From Myxococcota bacterium (GTDB lineage Bacteria > Myxococcota_A > UBA9160 > JAFDDA01): 64,000 nucleotides of DNA. Location: positions 4,398,264 to 4,462,263 of the forward strand of contig OZ245817.1 of assembly GCA_965228475.1 (NCBI GenBank), in the 5' to 3' direction. Position numbers and translations under genes: made by a program. Below, piece after piece: positions 50,334-60,916 of the stretch. Under the pieces are notes generated by a model. That model was given only the letters and a program-made list of their open reading frames with translations, did no database searches and was not told the DNA's origin. Within the stretch, counting starts at the first letter, position 1. Every line of letters starts with the position of its first letter.

Positions 50334-52811
50334 TCAGGCCAGGGACGAGGCGTCGAAGAGCGGCTCGGGACGGCCCCCGGGGCCCGTCCGCCACGGGGTC
50401 CAGACCAGCAGGATCGGCTCGACGGCCAGGTCGCCCTTGCGCGGACGGACCGTACGCGTCTTCACCTCGACCGCCTCGACGTCGACGGGCATCTCGAAGG
50501 CGGCCAGGGCGTCCTTGAACTCGGCCTCGAGCGCCTCGAGCTTCTCGACCAGGGCGGCGTGCTTTTCCACGGCCCGCTCGACGTCGCCCCGCTCCTGGGA
50601 GACGCGGCCCATCGTCCGCGCCGTCGTCGCCGCGCGCCCGACGGTGCCGACGCTCTTCACCTTGCGGCCGAACAGGGCGCCGATCACGGTCGCCCCCATC
50701 GAGACCATCGTCTTCATCTTCTGGTGCTTGACCTGCTCCTGCTCCTTCTCGATGCGCGCCTCGGCCGTGCGGATGCGCTCCTCGAGCCGGGCCAGTTTCG
50801 GCCCGTAGCGCTTGCGGAGCTTCTCGACCTCGAGATCGCGCTTCTCCCGCAGGGCGTGGCGGAGGCTCCCCCGGAACTCGGCCTCGCTCTCGCCGGGCTT
50901 CGACCAGCGCTTGAGCTTCGTGTGGCCATAGAGGGTCAGCGGGTGCTCACGGTAGAGGGAACTCTTGAGCCGCTTCCCCCAGGTCCCGTAGCTCTTCGCG
51001 CGCTGGGCCTTGCCCGGCAGCGGATCGAAGGAACCCGTGGCCGGAGGCTCCCCCTCGAGCGGGGGCAGCGAGGGCAGGACCTCCGCGTCCGTCCACGGAT
51101 CCGAAGCGACCGGCTCGTCGAGCAGGGCCAGGGCGTGGACGTCGCGCCAGAAATCGACGCCGGAGGTGCGGTCCGCATAGTGGAGCTGGGCCGAGCCGAG
51201 CAGCGCGGGGCGCCAGAAGATCTCCCCCGCGCCCGACGGCCCCGGGACGAGGAAGCGTTCGGCCACCTCGGGCGGGAGGATCGGGCGGCCTTCGGCTTCG
51301 GCCTCCGCGGGCACCGGCGCGCTCTGGCTCTTCGCCGCGCGCTTGCGCTTCGTCTTCTTCGCGACCTTCTTCTTGGCCTGCTCCGCCTTCGGCGCGTCGG
51401 CGCCGGCGAGCTCGCGGATCTGTTGGCGCGTGAGCGGCCCGCGCAGGTACGAGAGCGCCCAGCGCGTGTGGAACAGGACCGGCGCGTCCTCGTGCACGTT
51501 GTTCATCAGGAAGACGCGGCTCTTCAGGCCCGAGAGCATGCGATCCATCTCGGCCCGGTCGAAGCTCGCGCCGGAGGAGGTGGCCGCACCTTCGAGGCCG
51601 TCGAGCACGCGCAGCTTGTCGCGCTCCGCCTGGAGCCGGCCGAGGAACCAGGTGCCGCAGTTCGCGAGGCCCTTGTAGTCGAGATCCACGGGGTTCTGCG
51701 TCGAGAGCACGCAGCCCACGCCGAAGGCACGCGCCTGCTTCAAGAGCGTGAGCATCGGGCGCTTCGAGGGCGGCTCGGCGCTCGGCGGGAAGTAGCCGAA
51801 GATCTCGTCCATGTAGAGCAGCGCGCGCAGGCTCGACGTGCCGGGCTGGCCGCGCATCCACGCGACGAGCTCGTTCAGGAGCTGGGTCACGAAGAACATC
51901 CGCTCGCGGTCCGAGAGGTGCGCGATCGAGAGCACCGCGATGCGCGGGCGGCCGTCCTCGGCATAGAGCAGGCTCCCGATGTCGAGAGGCTCGCCCTCCA
52001 TCCACGCCGCGAAGCCCGGCGAGGCGAGCAGGTTGTTCATGCGCATGGCGAGCTCGAAGCGGTCGTCGGCGGGGAAGAAGCTCTCGAGGTCGAGGACGCC
52101 GAGGCGATCGAAGGGCGGTTGCTGGATCTCGGCCACGAGGCGGGCGAAGTCGAGGTCGCGGCCTTCGCGCCAGGCCCGGTCGAGCAGGTTCGAGAGCAGG
52201 ATGTGCTCGCGGCTGCGGATCGGGTCCGCATCCACGTCGAGCAGCGAGAGCAGGCCCGAGACCGTGGCGGCGACGCGGTCGGCCATGGCGTCCGGATCCT
52301 CGGCGAGCTCCGGCGGCGGCGCGGCGAGCGAGCGCAGCACGCGCAGCGGCCGGCCCGCGCGGCTGCCGGGTGTATAGATCGTGAGGTCGGCGCGCTCGCG
52401 CAGGCGGCGGATGCGCTTGCCGTCCTGCCCCCAGCTCGCGAGCCCGTCCTTCCAGAGCTTCGCGGTCTTGGCCGCGTGGGAGGCGACCGTCTCGCCCTTG
52501 CGCGCGGCCTCCGCCGGGTCGATCCACGGCTCGAAGGAGGCGGCGTCGAGCTTCGGGAAGGTGAGCAGGAGGTTGCCGAGGTCGCCCTTCGGATCGATCG
52601 CGAGCGCCGGGATGCCGTCGATGGCCGCCTCTTCGAGGAGCGAGAGACAAAGCCCCGTCTTCCCGCTGCCCGTCATGCCGACGCACAGGGCGTGGGTCGT
52701 CAGATCCTTCGAGTCGTAGAGCAGCAGCTCGTCGCGGGTCTCCCCGGCCTCCGCATCCCACGTCTTGCCGAGATAGAACGAACCGAGCTTCTCGAAATCG
52801 ACCTTCGCCAA
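50334..52811 (-). CDS. HerA/FtsK-like P-loop ATPase (DUF853/YjgR-like core) with a long C-terminal extension containing a coiled coil and a hydrophobic segment
   Basis: Walker A CVGMTGSGKTG and Walker B ALLYMDEIFGYFP, plus STQNPVDLDYKGLANCGTWFLGRLQ. The C-terminus has a Lys-rich linker, EKEQEQVKHQKMKTMVSMGATVIGALFG. Confidence 0.8.
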   Translation of the reverse strand: MAKVDFEKLGSFYLGKTWDAEAGETRDELLLYDSKDLTTHALCVGMTGSGKTGLCLSLLEEAAIDGIPALAIDPKGDLGNLLLTFPKLDAASFEPWIDPAEAARKGETVASHAAKTAKLWKDGLASWGQDGKRIRRLRERADLTIYTPGSRAGRPLRVLRSLAAPPPELAEDPDAMADRVAATVSGLLSLLDVDADPIRSREHILLSNLLDRAWREGRDLDFARLVAEIQQPPFDRLGVLDLESFFPADDRFELAMRMNNLLASPGFAAWMEGEPLDIGSLLYAEDGRPRIAVLSIAHLSDRERMFFVTQLLNELVAWMRGQPGTSSLRALLYMDEIFGYFPPSAEPPSKRPMLTLLKQARAFGVGCVLSTQNPVDLDYKGLANCGTWFLGRLQAERDKLRVLDGLEGAATSSGASFDRAEMDRMLSGLKSRVFLMNNVHEDAPVLFHTRWALSYLRGPLTRQQIRELAGADAPKAEQAKKKVAKKTKRKRAAKSQSAPVPAEAEAEGRPILPPEVAERFLVPGPSGAGEIFWRPALLGSAQLHYADRTSGVDFWRDVHALALLDEPVASDPWTDAEVLPSLPPLEGEPPATGSFDPLPGKAQRAKSYGTWGKRLKSSLYREHPLTLYGHTKLKRWSKPGESEAEFRGSLRHALREKRDLEVEKLRKRYGPKLARLEERIRTAEARIEKEQEQVKHQKMKTMVSMGATVIGALFGRKVKSVGTVGRAATTARTMGRVSQERGDVERAVEKHAALVEKLEALEAEFKDALAAFEMPVDVEAVEVKTRTVRPRKGDLAVEPILLVWTPWRTGPGGRPEPLFDASSLA

Positions 52812-52833
52812 GGGACCCTCCTCGGCCCCTAGC

Positions 52834-53652
52834 TTACTTGATCACCTCGTCGACGAGGCGGGCGTTCGGCACGCGGAAGGTCTTCTCGCCGTCCCGGAAG
52901 ACCGTGTGCACGGGGCCGATCTCCTCGACCACGCCGCGCTCGCCGGCGACTTCGAGCTGCCGCTCGGTCGGCAGCGTCTGCCGGAGATAGTGGCCGGCGA
53001 GGATGCCGCGCATGACCGTCTGGGCCCCGAGGGCGAAGGCGAGCCCCATGCCGGCCATGACCGCCGCCACCGTGACGGTGATGACCGTCGTCAGGATCTG
53101 GGTGTCGACGCCGAGCTGCTCGAGCGTCACCACGCCGACCATGACGACGATCGCGGTGCGGGCCACGGCGCCGAGGCCTTCGGCGTAGGAGAGGTTCGCC
53201 GCCGCGCCGCCCGAGGTGACGAGGTTCCCGACGAAGCGCGCGAGGAAGACGCCGGCCGCGAGCACCAGCGCCGCGGAGATCACGCTCGGGATGTACCCGA
53301 AGATCCGGGCGATCGCGTTCGAGACGGCCTCCATGCCGAGAATCTGCGCGCAGGCCATCAGCACCGAGATCATAACGAGCCAGTAGACGACGCCCCCGAG
53401 GATCTCGCTCGGCGTCGAGGTCATGGACGTGCGCTCGAGCGCCCGGTTCAGGCCCGTTCGATCGAGGACCGCATCGAGCCCGGCGCGGACCGACCGCTCG
53501 AGCACGGCGCGCACCAGCCGTGCAAAGAGCCAACCGATGAGCAGCACGACGAGCGCGCCGACCAGCTTCGGCAGGAACAGCACGGCCGTCTCGATCGATT
53601 GTTGAACCATCCCGAGCAGCAGCTCGCGGATCTCGGTGAATTGCTCGGTCAT
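52834..53652 (-). CDS. Mechanosensitive-channel-like membrane protein ('conserved TM helix' repeat type)
   Basis: Repeated TM helix units and a C-terminal beta domain (VEEIGPVHTVFRDGEKTFRVPNARL). ATGA overlap with the upstream small gene. Confidence 0.7.
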   Translation of the reverse strand: MTEQFTEIRELLLGMVQQSIETAVLFLPKLVGALVVLLIGWLFARLVRAVLERSVRAGLDAVLDRTGLNRALERTSMTSTPSEILGGVVYWLVMISVLMACAQILGMEAVSNAIARIFGYIPSVISAALVLAAGVFLARFVGNLVTSGGAAANLSYAEGLGAVARTAIVVMVGVVTLEQLGVDTQILTTVITVTVAAVMAGMGLAFALGAQTVMRGILAGHYLRQTLPTERQLEVAGERGVVEEIGPVHTVFRDGEKTFRVPNARLVDEVIK

Positions 53653-53900
53653 CGGTCTTCTCCCGGGTCTTGTTCCGGTTCGTGCCCCAGGAGCGCCGCG
53701 ATCAGGTCGATCAACGGCGCACAGAAGCGCAGCACGAACACGAGCGTGGTGAGGTCGATCAGGTCCCTCGTGGTGATCAATGCACGGACCTTCTGAATCG
53801 TCTTTTCCGGCAGGTCCTCGGGCGTCTCGGAGGCGTCCTCGCGCAGGAGCTCGAGGAGCTCCTCCGCGACCTGCTCGTCGGGTCGGGGATCACTGGCCAT
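53649..53900 (-). CDS. Mini anti-sigma-like membrane protein (83 aa, no zinc-binding anti-sigma (ZAS) motif)
   Basis: Overlaps the 3' end of the ECF sigma gene by 11 nt. Acidic N-terminus plus one TM helix. Confidence 0.55.
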   Translation of the reverse strand: MASDPRPDEQVAEELLELLREDASETPEDLPEKTIQKVRALITTRDLIDLTTLVFVLRFCAPLIDLIAALLGHEPEQDPGEDR

Positions 53901-54468
53901 CGTCTCCCCCCCTTCCTTCTTTGCCGGCGATGCGCCGCTCGTAGAGCTCCCGCAGGCGCTTGGCGCCCCGGGAGACCCTCATCTTGGCGGCGGACTCCGA
54001 GAGATCGAGCTCGGCCGCGATCTCCCCGAAAGTGTGCCCGTCCACGAAGCGCATGAGCAGGGGAATCCGCGTCCCCGGGTCGAGTTCGTCGAGCATCTCG
54101 AGGACGACGGCGCGCAGGGCCGGGTCCGTCGGGGTCGGACTCTGCGTCCGGGGCACCTCCACGGCGACGGCCTCGCGCTTGCGCTCGAGCTGGCTGCGCT
54201 TGCGCAGGAGCATCCGGCAGGCGTTGAGCGTCACGACGTTCAGCCAGTGGCCGAACGGGCGTTCGAAGCGGTAGGCCGGGAGGTTCTTGAAGGCCGCCAG
54301 GAAGACGTCCTGGACGGCCTCTTCCGCATCGGCCTGGGAGCGCAGGATCCGGTAGGCGCGCTGGTAGATGCGCGGCGAGTGCCGCCGCACCAGGACGTCG
54401 AAGGACTTCGTTCCGTACGGGAGCTCGCCTTGCGCGCGCTCGACGAGCTCCCGATCCGGATCCAACAC
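53890..54468 (-). CDS. ECF (group IV) sigma-70 family sigma factor
   Basis: Region 2 (AEEAVQDVFLAAFKNLPAYRFERPFGHWLNVVTLNACR) and region 4 (GHTFGEIAAELDLSESAAKMRVSRG). Confidence 0.9.
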   Translation of the reverse strand: MLDPDRELVERAQGELPYGTKSFDVLVRRHSPRIYQRAYRILRSQADAEEAVQDVFLAAFKNLPAYRFERPFGHWLNVVTLNACRMLLRKRSQLERKREAVAVEVPRTQSPTPTDPALRAVVLEMLDELDPGTRIPLLMRFVDGHTFGEIAAELDLSESAAKMRVSRGAKRLRELYERRIAGKEGRGGDDGQ

Positions 54469-54488
54469 GTTCTAGAGCAGGGTTCGCT

Positions 54489-54902
54489 TCAGGAAGCGCG
54501 CTGCGCGAGCAGGTCGCGAATCTCGGTGAGGAGCACCTCTTCCTTCGGCGGCTCCTTCGGCTTCTCCTCTTCCTTCTCCTTGAGCGAGTTCACGCCCTTC
54601 ACGAGCAGGAAGACGGCGAAGGCGACGATCATGAAGTCGAGGGCCGTGTTGATGAACGCGCCGTACTTGATCGTGGCGGCACCGGCGGCCTCGGCGGCCT
54701 CGAGACTCTCGTAGCTCCCACCGCCGAGCGTGACGAAGAGATTCGAGAAATCGACCCCGCCGACCAGCTCACCGATGGGCGGCATCATCATGCCCTGGGT
54801 GAACGCGTTGACGACGTCCTTGAACGCGGCGCCCATGATGATGCCGACGGCCATGTCGAACACGTTGCCCTTGGCAACGAACTTCTTGAACTCCTCCAAC
54901 AT
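54489..54902 (-). CDS. mscL: Large-conductance mechanosensitive channel
   Basis: [27 protein letters not shown]... and ...[23 protein letters not shown]. Confidence 0.9.
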   Translation of the reverse strand: MLEEFKKFVAKGNVFDMAVGIIMGAAFKDVVNAFTQGMMMPPIGELVGGVDFSNLFVTLGGGSYESLEAAEAAGAATIKYGAFINTALDFMIVAFAVFLLVKGVNSLKEKEEEKPKEPPKEEVLLTEIRDLLAQRAS

Positions 54903-55028
54903 GCGGACCCCTCCCTGCGCGGGCCCTGAAACGCCCGCGCCTTGCGATTTTTCGGCGCACGCCTGCCATCGGGGCCCGCGCCTCGCCGCCCATGTAATGC
55001 GGGGACGGGAGAAAAAGCAACGAAGGGG

Positions 55029-55886
55029 TCAGCCGAGGGCGGGATTTTCCTTCGGCGGCGCCAGCGAGCCGCGGGTTCGGCTCCAGACCTGGGTGAACTC
55101 CGCCCCGAAGAAGAGGATCTGCGAGGAGTAGTAGACCCAGAGCAGCACCACGACGAGCGAGCCGGCGGCGCCGTAGACCGAGGTCGCCGAGGTCTGGCCG
55201 AGGTAGAGCCCGATCAGCTCCTTGCCGACGGCGAACAGCAGCGCCGTGCCCGCCGCGCCGGCCCAGACGTCGCGCCAGGCGATCTTCGTGTCCGGCAGGT
55301 ACTTGAAGATCAGCGCGAAGAGCAGGGTCACGACGCCGAAGGAGACGACGAGGTTCGCGCCGCGGGCGAGCACGTCGGCGCCCGGGAAGAGGCCCGAGAG
55401 CCACGTGTCGAGCGCCGAGACGGCGGCCGTCAGCACGAGCGAGACCAACAGCAGGAAGCCGACGACGAGGATCATCGAGAAGGTCGTGAGCCGCGCGAGG
55501 AAGTAGGCGCCCCAGCCCTGGTTCGGGTCGGCCTCGACGTCCCAGACGGTGTTCATGGCGTCCTGGAGTTCGCCGAACACCGTCGACGCCCCGAGGATCA
55601 TCGTCGCCAGTCCGATCACCGTCGCCGCGACGCCTTCCTTGGGCTGGTTCGCGTTGGCGATCATCTGCTGGACGCCGGCGGCACCGTCCTCCCCGAGCAT
55701 GCCCTCGAGCTGGGCGAGGATCTCGCCCTCGGCCGCGCGCTCCCCGAAGAAGAAGCCGATCCCGGCGATCACCAGGACCAGCAGCGGCGCCAGCGAGAAG
55801 ACGGTGTAGTAGGCCAGCGCGGCGCCGAGCCGGAGGCAGCGGTCCTCGCTCCACTCGCTGTAGGTGAGCTTGAGCAACTCGAACAT
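55029..55886 (-). CDS. YihY/BrkB-family membrane protein
   Basis: LGAALAYYTVFSLAPLL and a six-TM layout. Confidence 0.8.
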   Translation of the reverse strand: MFELLKLTYSEWSEDRCLRLGAALAYYTVFSLAPLLVLVIAGIGFFFGERAAEGEILAQLEGMLGEDGAAGVQQMIANANQPKEGVAATVIGLATMILGASTVFGELQDAMNTVWDVEADPNQGWGAYFLARLTTFSMILVVGFLLLVSLVLTAAVSALDTWLSGLFPGADVLARGANLVVSFGVVTLLFALIFKYLPDTKIAWRDVWAGAAGTALLFAVGKELIGLYLGQTSATSVYGAAGSLVVVLLWVYYSSQILFFGAEFTQVWSRTRGSLAPPKENPALG

Positions 55887-55947
55887 GGACGGATCCCCCG
55901 GGGGAATGCGGCGGACGCTTGCGATGGAGCGCCATCCGGAGATAAAA

Positions 55948-55961
55948 TAGAACGTGTTCTA
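55948..55961. promoter_or_regulatory. KstR-type operator palindrome
   Basis: TAGAACGTGTTCTA, 66 nt upstream of the hydratase/DUF35 gene. Confidence 0.6.
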
Positions 55962-56026
55962 CCCGGAGCGGCCGGCCCCATCCACGGAGAGCCGCTCCCC
56001 CTGCCTACTACTAGAGAGGCGTCGAG

Positions 56027-57019
56027 GTGTCCATGAGCAACCCCGCCGAAGCCAAGCGGGAGCTTGAAGCGAAGCTCCAGGAATTCGTCGGCCAGGAGAC
56101 CGGGCCGGCGACGCTCGGGCTCGACACGGTCAACGAGCCGATGATCCGGCACTGGTGCGAGACCATGGGCGACGCGAACCCCGTCTACACCGACGCCGGC
56201 GTGGCCGAGAAGTCCGCCCACGGCGGCATCGTGGCGCCGCCGACCATGATGCAGGCCTGGATCATGCGCGGCGTCAGCATGGCGCGGCCGCCGGCCGGGG
56301 ACGTCACCGACCGCCAGAACGAACTCCACGCCCTGCTCACCGAGAGCGGCTACCCCTCGGTCGTCGCCACGAACTGCGAGCAGGAGTACCACCGCTACCT
56401 GAAGCCCGGCGACGAAGTCGCGGCGAGCACCGTGATCGAATCCGTCTCCGAGCAGAAGGCCACGGCCCTCGGCATCGGATACTTCATCGACACGCGCACG
56501 AAGTTCGAGGTCGACGGAGAAGAGGTCGGCTGGATGACCTTCCGCGTGCTGAAGTTCAAGCCGAACGCGGCGCCGGCCGCGGCGGCCAGCGACGAAGACG
56601 CGGGCGGGCCCATGTCCGGCACGCCGAAGCGGCTGCGTCCCAGCCTCGGCCACGACAACCAGTGGTGGTGGGAGGCCGTCGACGCGGGGAAGTTCCTCGT
56701 GCAGAAGTGCTCCTCGTGCGGCGTCGTGCGCCACCCGCCGCGCGCGATGTGCGGCGAGTGCCAGTCGATCGAGTGGGAGGGCGTCGAGGCCGAGATGAAG
56801 GGCACCGTGCACAGCTTCACGGTGATCCATCATCCGCAGGTGCCCGGATACGAATATCCCCTCGTCTCGGCGCTGATCGACCTCGAGATCGGCACGCGCT
56901 TCGTCTCGAACGTGGTCGGCTGCGACCCGGCCGACGTGCACGTCGGAATGAAGGTCGTCGGAACGATCGAGGCGGTCGACGACGAAATGAACCTCCCGAT
57001 CTTCCGGCCGGCGAACTGA
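56027..57019 (+). CDS. MaoC-like hot-dog domain fused to a DUF35 OB-fold/zinc-ribbon domain (ChsH2-like)
   Basis: N-terminus VNEPMIRHWCETMGDANPVY. C-terminus LVQKCSSCGVVRHPPRAMCGECQS...TVHSFTV. Alternative ATG at 56033. Confidence 0.8.
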   Translation: MSMSNPAEAKRELEAKLQEFVGQETGPATLGLDTVNEPMIRHWCETMGDANPVYTDAGVAEKSAHGGIVAPPTMMQAWIMRGVSMARPPAGDVTDRQNELHALLTESGYPSVVATNCEQEYHRYLKPGDEVAASTVIESVSEQKATALGIGYFIDTRTKFEVDGEEVGWMTFRVLKFKPNAAPAAAASDEDAGGPMSGTPKRLRPSLGHDNQWWWEAVDAGKFLVQKCSSCGVVRHPPRAMCGECQSIEWEGVEAEMKGTVHSFTVIHHPQVPGYEYPLVSALIDLEIGTRFVSNVVGCDPADVHVGMKVVGTIEAVDDEMNLPIFRPAN

Positions 57020-57020
57020 G

Positions 57021-58139
57021 ATGGATTTCGACTACAGCGACGAACAGGAATCCATCCGCGATCTCGCCCGCGAGATCCTCGAGAACGAGATCGACGCCGA
57101 CCGTCTGAAGGAGATCGGCGCGAGCGACGCCTGGTTCGACGAGGCGCTGTGGAAGCAGCTCGGCGAAGCGAACCTGCTCGGCGTGGCCGTGCCCGAAGCC
57201 CACGGCGGGATGGGGTTCGGCTTCGAGGAGCTCTGCGTCCTGCTGGTCGAGCAGGGGCGTGCGCTCGCCCCCGTCCCGCTCCATGCGACGGCGACGGCGG
57301 GGCTGGCCCTGGCGCGCGCGGGGAGTGCCGCGCAGCAGGAGGCCTGGCTCCCGGGTGTGGCGAGCGGCGAGGCGATCTTCGCCCTGGCACTGGACGATGC
57401 CGCCTCGGTCTCGCCCGAAGCTCCGGCCACGCGTGCCGAACCCAAGGGCGACGCGTTCACGCTCACGGGCACGAAGCGGTTCGTGCCCTCCGCGCATCTC
57501 GCGAAGCGCCTCGTCGTTCCTGCGAGCATCGCGGACGGCGCCGCGCTGTTCCTCGTCGCTCCCGATGCGCCCGGCGTGACGCTGACCCGGCAGCGCGCCT
57601 CCAGCGGCGAGCCGCTCTTCGCACTGACCCTCGACGGCGCCGCCGCCGAACGCATCGGGGATTCGGACGGAGCCATCGTTCGCTGGCTGCACGAAGCCGC
57701 GACGATCGGCCTGTGCGCCCTCCAGACGGGCGTCTCCGAGAAGGCGCTCGAGATCACCACGGGCTACGTGCGCGAACGCGAGCAGTTCGGCGGGCCGATC
57801 GGCGCCTTCCAGGCCGTGCAGCACCGCTGTGCGGACGGCTACATCGACCTCGAATCGATCCGCTGGACGATGTGGCGCGCGGCCTCCCGGCTGGCCCGCG
57901 GCCTCGCGGTTCCGCGCGAAGCGGCCGTCGCGAAGTTCTGGGCGGCGGACGGCGGCTCGCGCGTCGCCGGCTCGGCGCAGCACCTCCACGGCGGCATCGG
58001 TGTCGACGTCGACTACCCGATCCACCGCTACTTCCTGTGGACGAAGGCCCTCGAGTTCCGGCTCGGCGCCGCCACGCCCACCCTGGTCCAACTCGGCCGC
58101 GACCTCGCCGCCGCACCCCCGGAGCCCGCCCGCGCATGA
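57021..58139 (+). CDS. Acyl-CoA dehydrogenase family protein
   Basis: MDFDYSDEQESI... and QFGGPIGAFQAVQHRCAD. Confidence 0.85.
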   Translation: MDFDYSDEQESIRDLAREILENEIDADRLKEIGASDAWFDEALWKQLGEANLLGVAVPEAHGGMGFGFEELCVLLVEQGRALAPVPLHATATAGLALARAGSAAQQEAWLPGVASGEAIFALALDDAASVSPEAPATRAEPKGDAFTLTGTKRFVPSAHLAKRLVVPASIADGAALFLVAPDAPGVTLTRQRASSGEPLFALTLDGAAAERIGDSDGAIVRWLHEAATIGLCALQTGVSEKALEITTGYVREREQFGGPIGAFQAVQHRCADGYIDLESIRWTMWRAASRLARGLAVPREAAVAKFWAADGGSRVAGSAQHLHGGIGVDVDYPIHRYFLWTKALEFRLGAATPTLVQLGRDLAAAPPEPARA

Positions 58140-58549
58140 GCCAGACGCTTTCCTACGCCGAAGTCTCCGTCGGCGACGAACTGCCGGCCCTCGACGTGCC
58201 CCTCGACACGACCCTGATCGTGAGCACGGCCATCGCCTCGCGCGACTTCACGCCCGTGCACCACGACAAGGCCGCGGCCCAGGCCCAGGGCATGGGCGAC
58301 GTCTTCATGAACATCCTCACCACGAACGGCTTCGTCGGCCGCTTCGTGACGGACTGGGCGGGCCCCGATGCGGTGCTCAAGAACGTCGCGATCAAGCTCG
58401 GCGCACCGAATCTGCCGGGCGACACCATGAAGATGCGCGGCAAGGTCGAGAGCAAGGACGGAGGCGTCGTGTCCGTCTCCGTCGTGGGCAAGAACAATTG
58501 GGGCGACCACGTCACGGGCACCGTGAAGCTGTCGCTGCCGGGAGCCTAG
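58136..58549 (+). CDS. MaoC-like (R)-hydratase hot-dog protein (ChsH1-like)
   Basis: ATGA overlap. ASRDFTPVHHDKAAAQAQG. Confidence 0.8.
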   Translation: MSQTLSYAEVSVGDELPALDVPLDTTLIVSTAIASRDFTPVHHDKAAAQAQGMGDVFMNILTTNGFVGRFVTDWAGPDAVLKNVAIKLGAPNLPGDTMKMRGKVESKDGGVVSVSVVGKNNWGDHVTGTVKLSLPGA

Positions 58550-58551
58550 GC

Positions 58552-59721
58552 ATGCCGACGACGCTCAAGGACGAAGCCGCCATCGTCGGCATCGGGCAGA
58601 CCGAGTTCAGCAAGAACTCCGGCCGGTCGGAGGTGCAGCTCGCGAGCGAGGCGATCGCCGCCGCCATCGCCGACGCCGGCCTCGAGCCGAGCCAGATCGA
58701 CGGCCTCACCACCTTCACGATGGACACGAGCGACGAGATCGAGGTCGCCCGCGCCGTCGGCATCGGCGACATCACCTTCTTCAGCCGCATTCCGTACGGC
58801 GGCGGCGCCGCCATCGGCGTGATGCACCAGGCGGCCATGGCCGTCGCGACGGGCACCGCCAAGTACGTCGTCGTCTACCGCGACCTGAACGGCCGCTCGG
58901 GTCAGCGCTACGGCGAGGGCATCGCCAACGGGCCCACCACGAGCGATCTCATCCACTGGAGCTGGTACATGCCCTGGGGCCTCATGACCCCCGCCAGCTG
59001 GGTCGCCATGTTCGCCACGCGCTACATGCACGAGACGGGCACGAAGAGCACGGACCTCGCCGAGGTCGCGGTGCAGCAGCGCAAGCACGCGGTGAACAAC
59101 CCGGCGGCGTTCTTCTACCAGCAGCCGCTCACGATCGAGGAGCACCAGGCCTCGCGCATGATCGCCGAGCCGCTCCACCTCTATGATTGCTGCCAGGAGA
59201 CCGACGGCGCGACGGCCTGCATCGTGACGACGCCCGAGCGCGCCCGCGACCTCGCCCAGCCGGGCGTCGTGATCCGCGCCGTGGCCCAGGCCGCGGGCGC
59301 CGACGCCGAGCAGATGACGAGCTTCTACCGCGAGGACCTGACGCGTCTCGTCGAGATGGAGATGGTCGGAAAGCAGCTCTGGGAGACGAGCGGCCTCGGC
59401 CCGAACGACATCGACGCCGCGGTGCTCTACGACGCCTTCACCCCGAACGTGCTCTGGCAGCTCGAGGCCTTCGGCTTCTGCGGCTTCGGCGAGGCGAAGG
59501 ACTTCGTGAAGGACGGCGCCTTCGGGCTCGGCGGGCGCCTGCCCACGAACACCCACGGCGGTCAGCTCTCCGAAGCGTATCTGCACGGCATGAACGGCGT
59601 GAACGAAGGCGTCCGGCTCGTGCGCGGCACGTCCCACAATCAACCCGAGAAGAACGACCACGTGCTCGTCACCGCCGGCGTCGGCGTCCCCACGAGTGGC
59701 ATGGTGCTCGGAAAGCTCTAG
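58552..59721 (+). CDS. Thiolase-fold lipid-transfer protein (SCP-x/Ltp2-like)
   Basis: AAIVGIGQTEFSKNSGRSEVQL...NTHGGQLSEAYLHGMNG. Lacks the classical thiolase N-terminal Cys context. Confidence 0.8.
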   Translation: MPTTLKDEAAIVGIGQTEFSKNSGRSEVQLASEAIAAAIADAGLEPSQIDGLTTFTMDTSDEIEVARAVGIGDITFFSRIPYGGGAAIGVMHQAAMAVATGTAKYVVVYRDLNGRSGQRYGEGIANGPTTSDLIHWSWYMPWGLMTPASWVAMFATRYMHETGTKSTDLAEVAVQQRKHAVNNPAAFFYQQPLTIEEHQASRMIAEPLHLYDCCQETDGATACIVTTPERARDLAQPGVVIRAVAQAAGADAEQMTSFYREDLTRLVEMEMVGKQLWETSGLGPNDIDAAVLYDAFTPNVLWQLEAFGFCGFGEAKDFVKDGAFGLGGRLPTNTHGGQLSEAYLHGMNGVNEGVRLVRGTSHNQPEKNDHVLVTAGVGVPTSGMVLGKL

Positions 59722-60912
<1,191 letters not shown>

Positions 60913-60916
60913 CGAT

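Noticed and set aside
50334-52811. HerA-like ATPase as part of a known anti-phage defence system (Sir2-HerA, DUF4297-HerA, NurA-HerA)
   Set aside because: No nuclease, Sir2, DUF4297 or NurA partner is adjacent. The neighbours are membrane and stress-type genes. A defence role remains speculative only.
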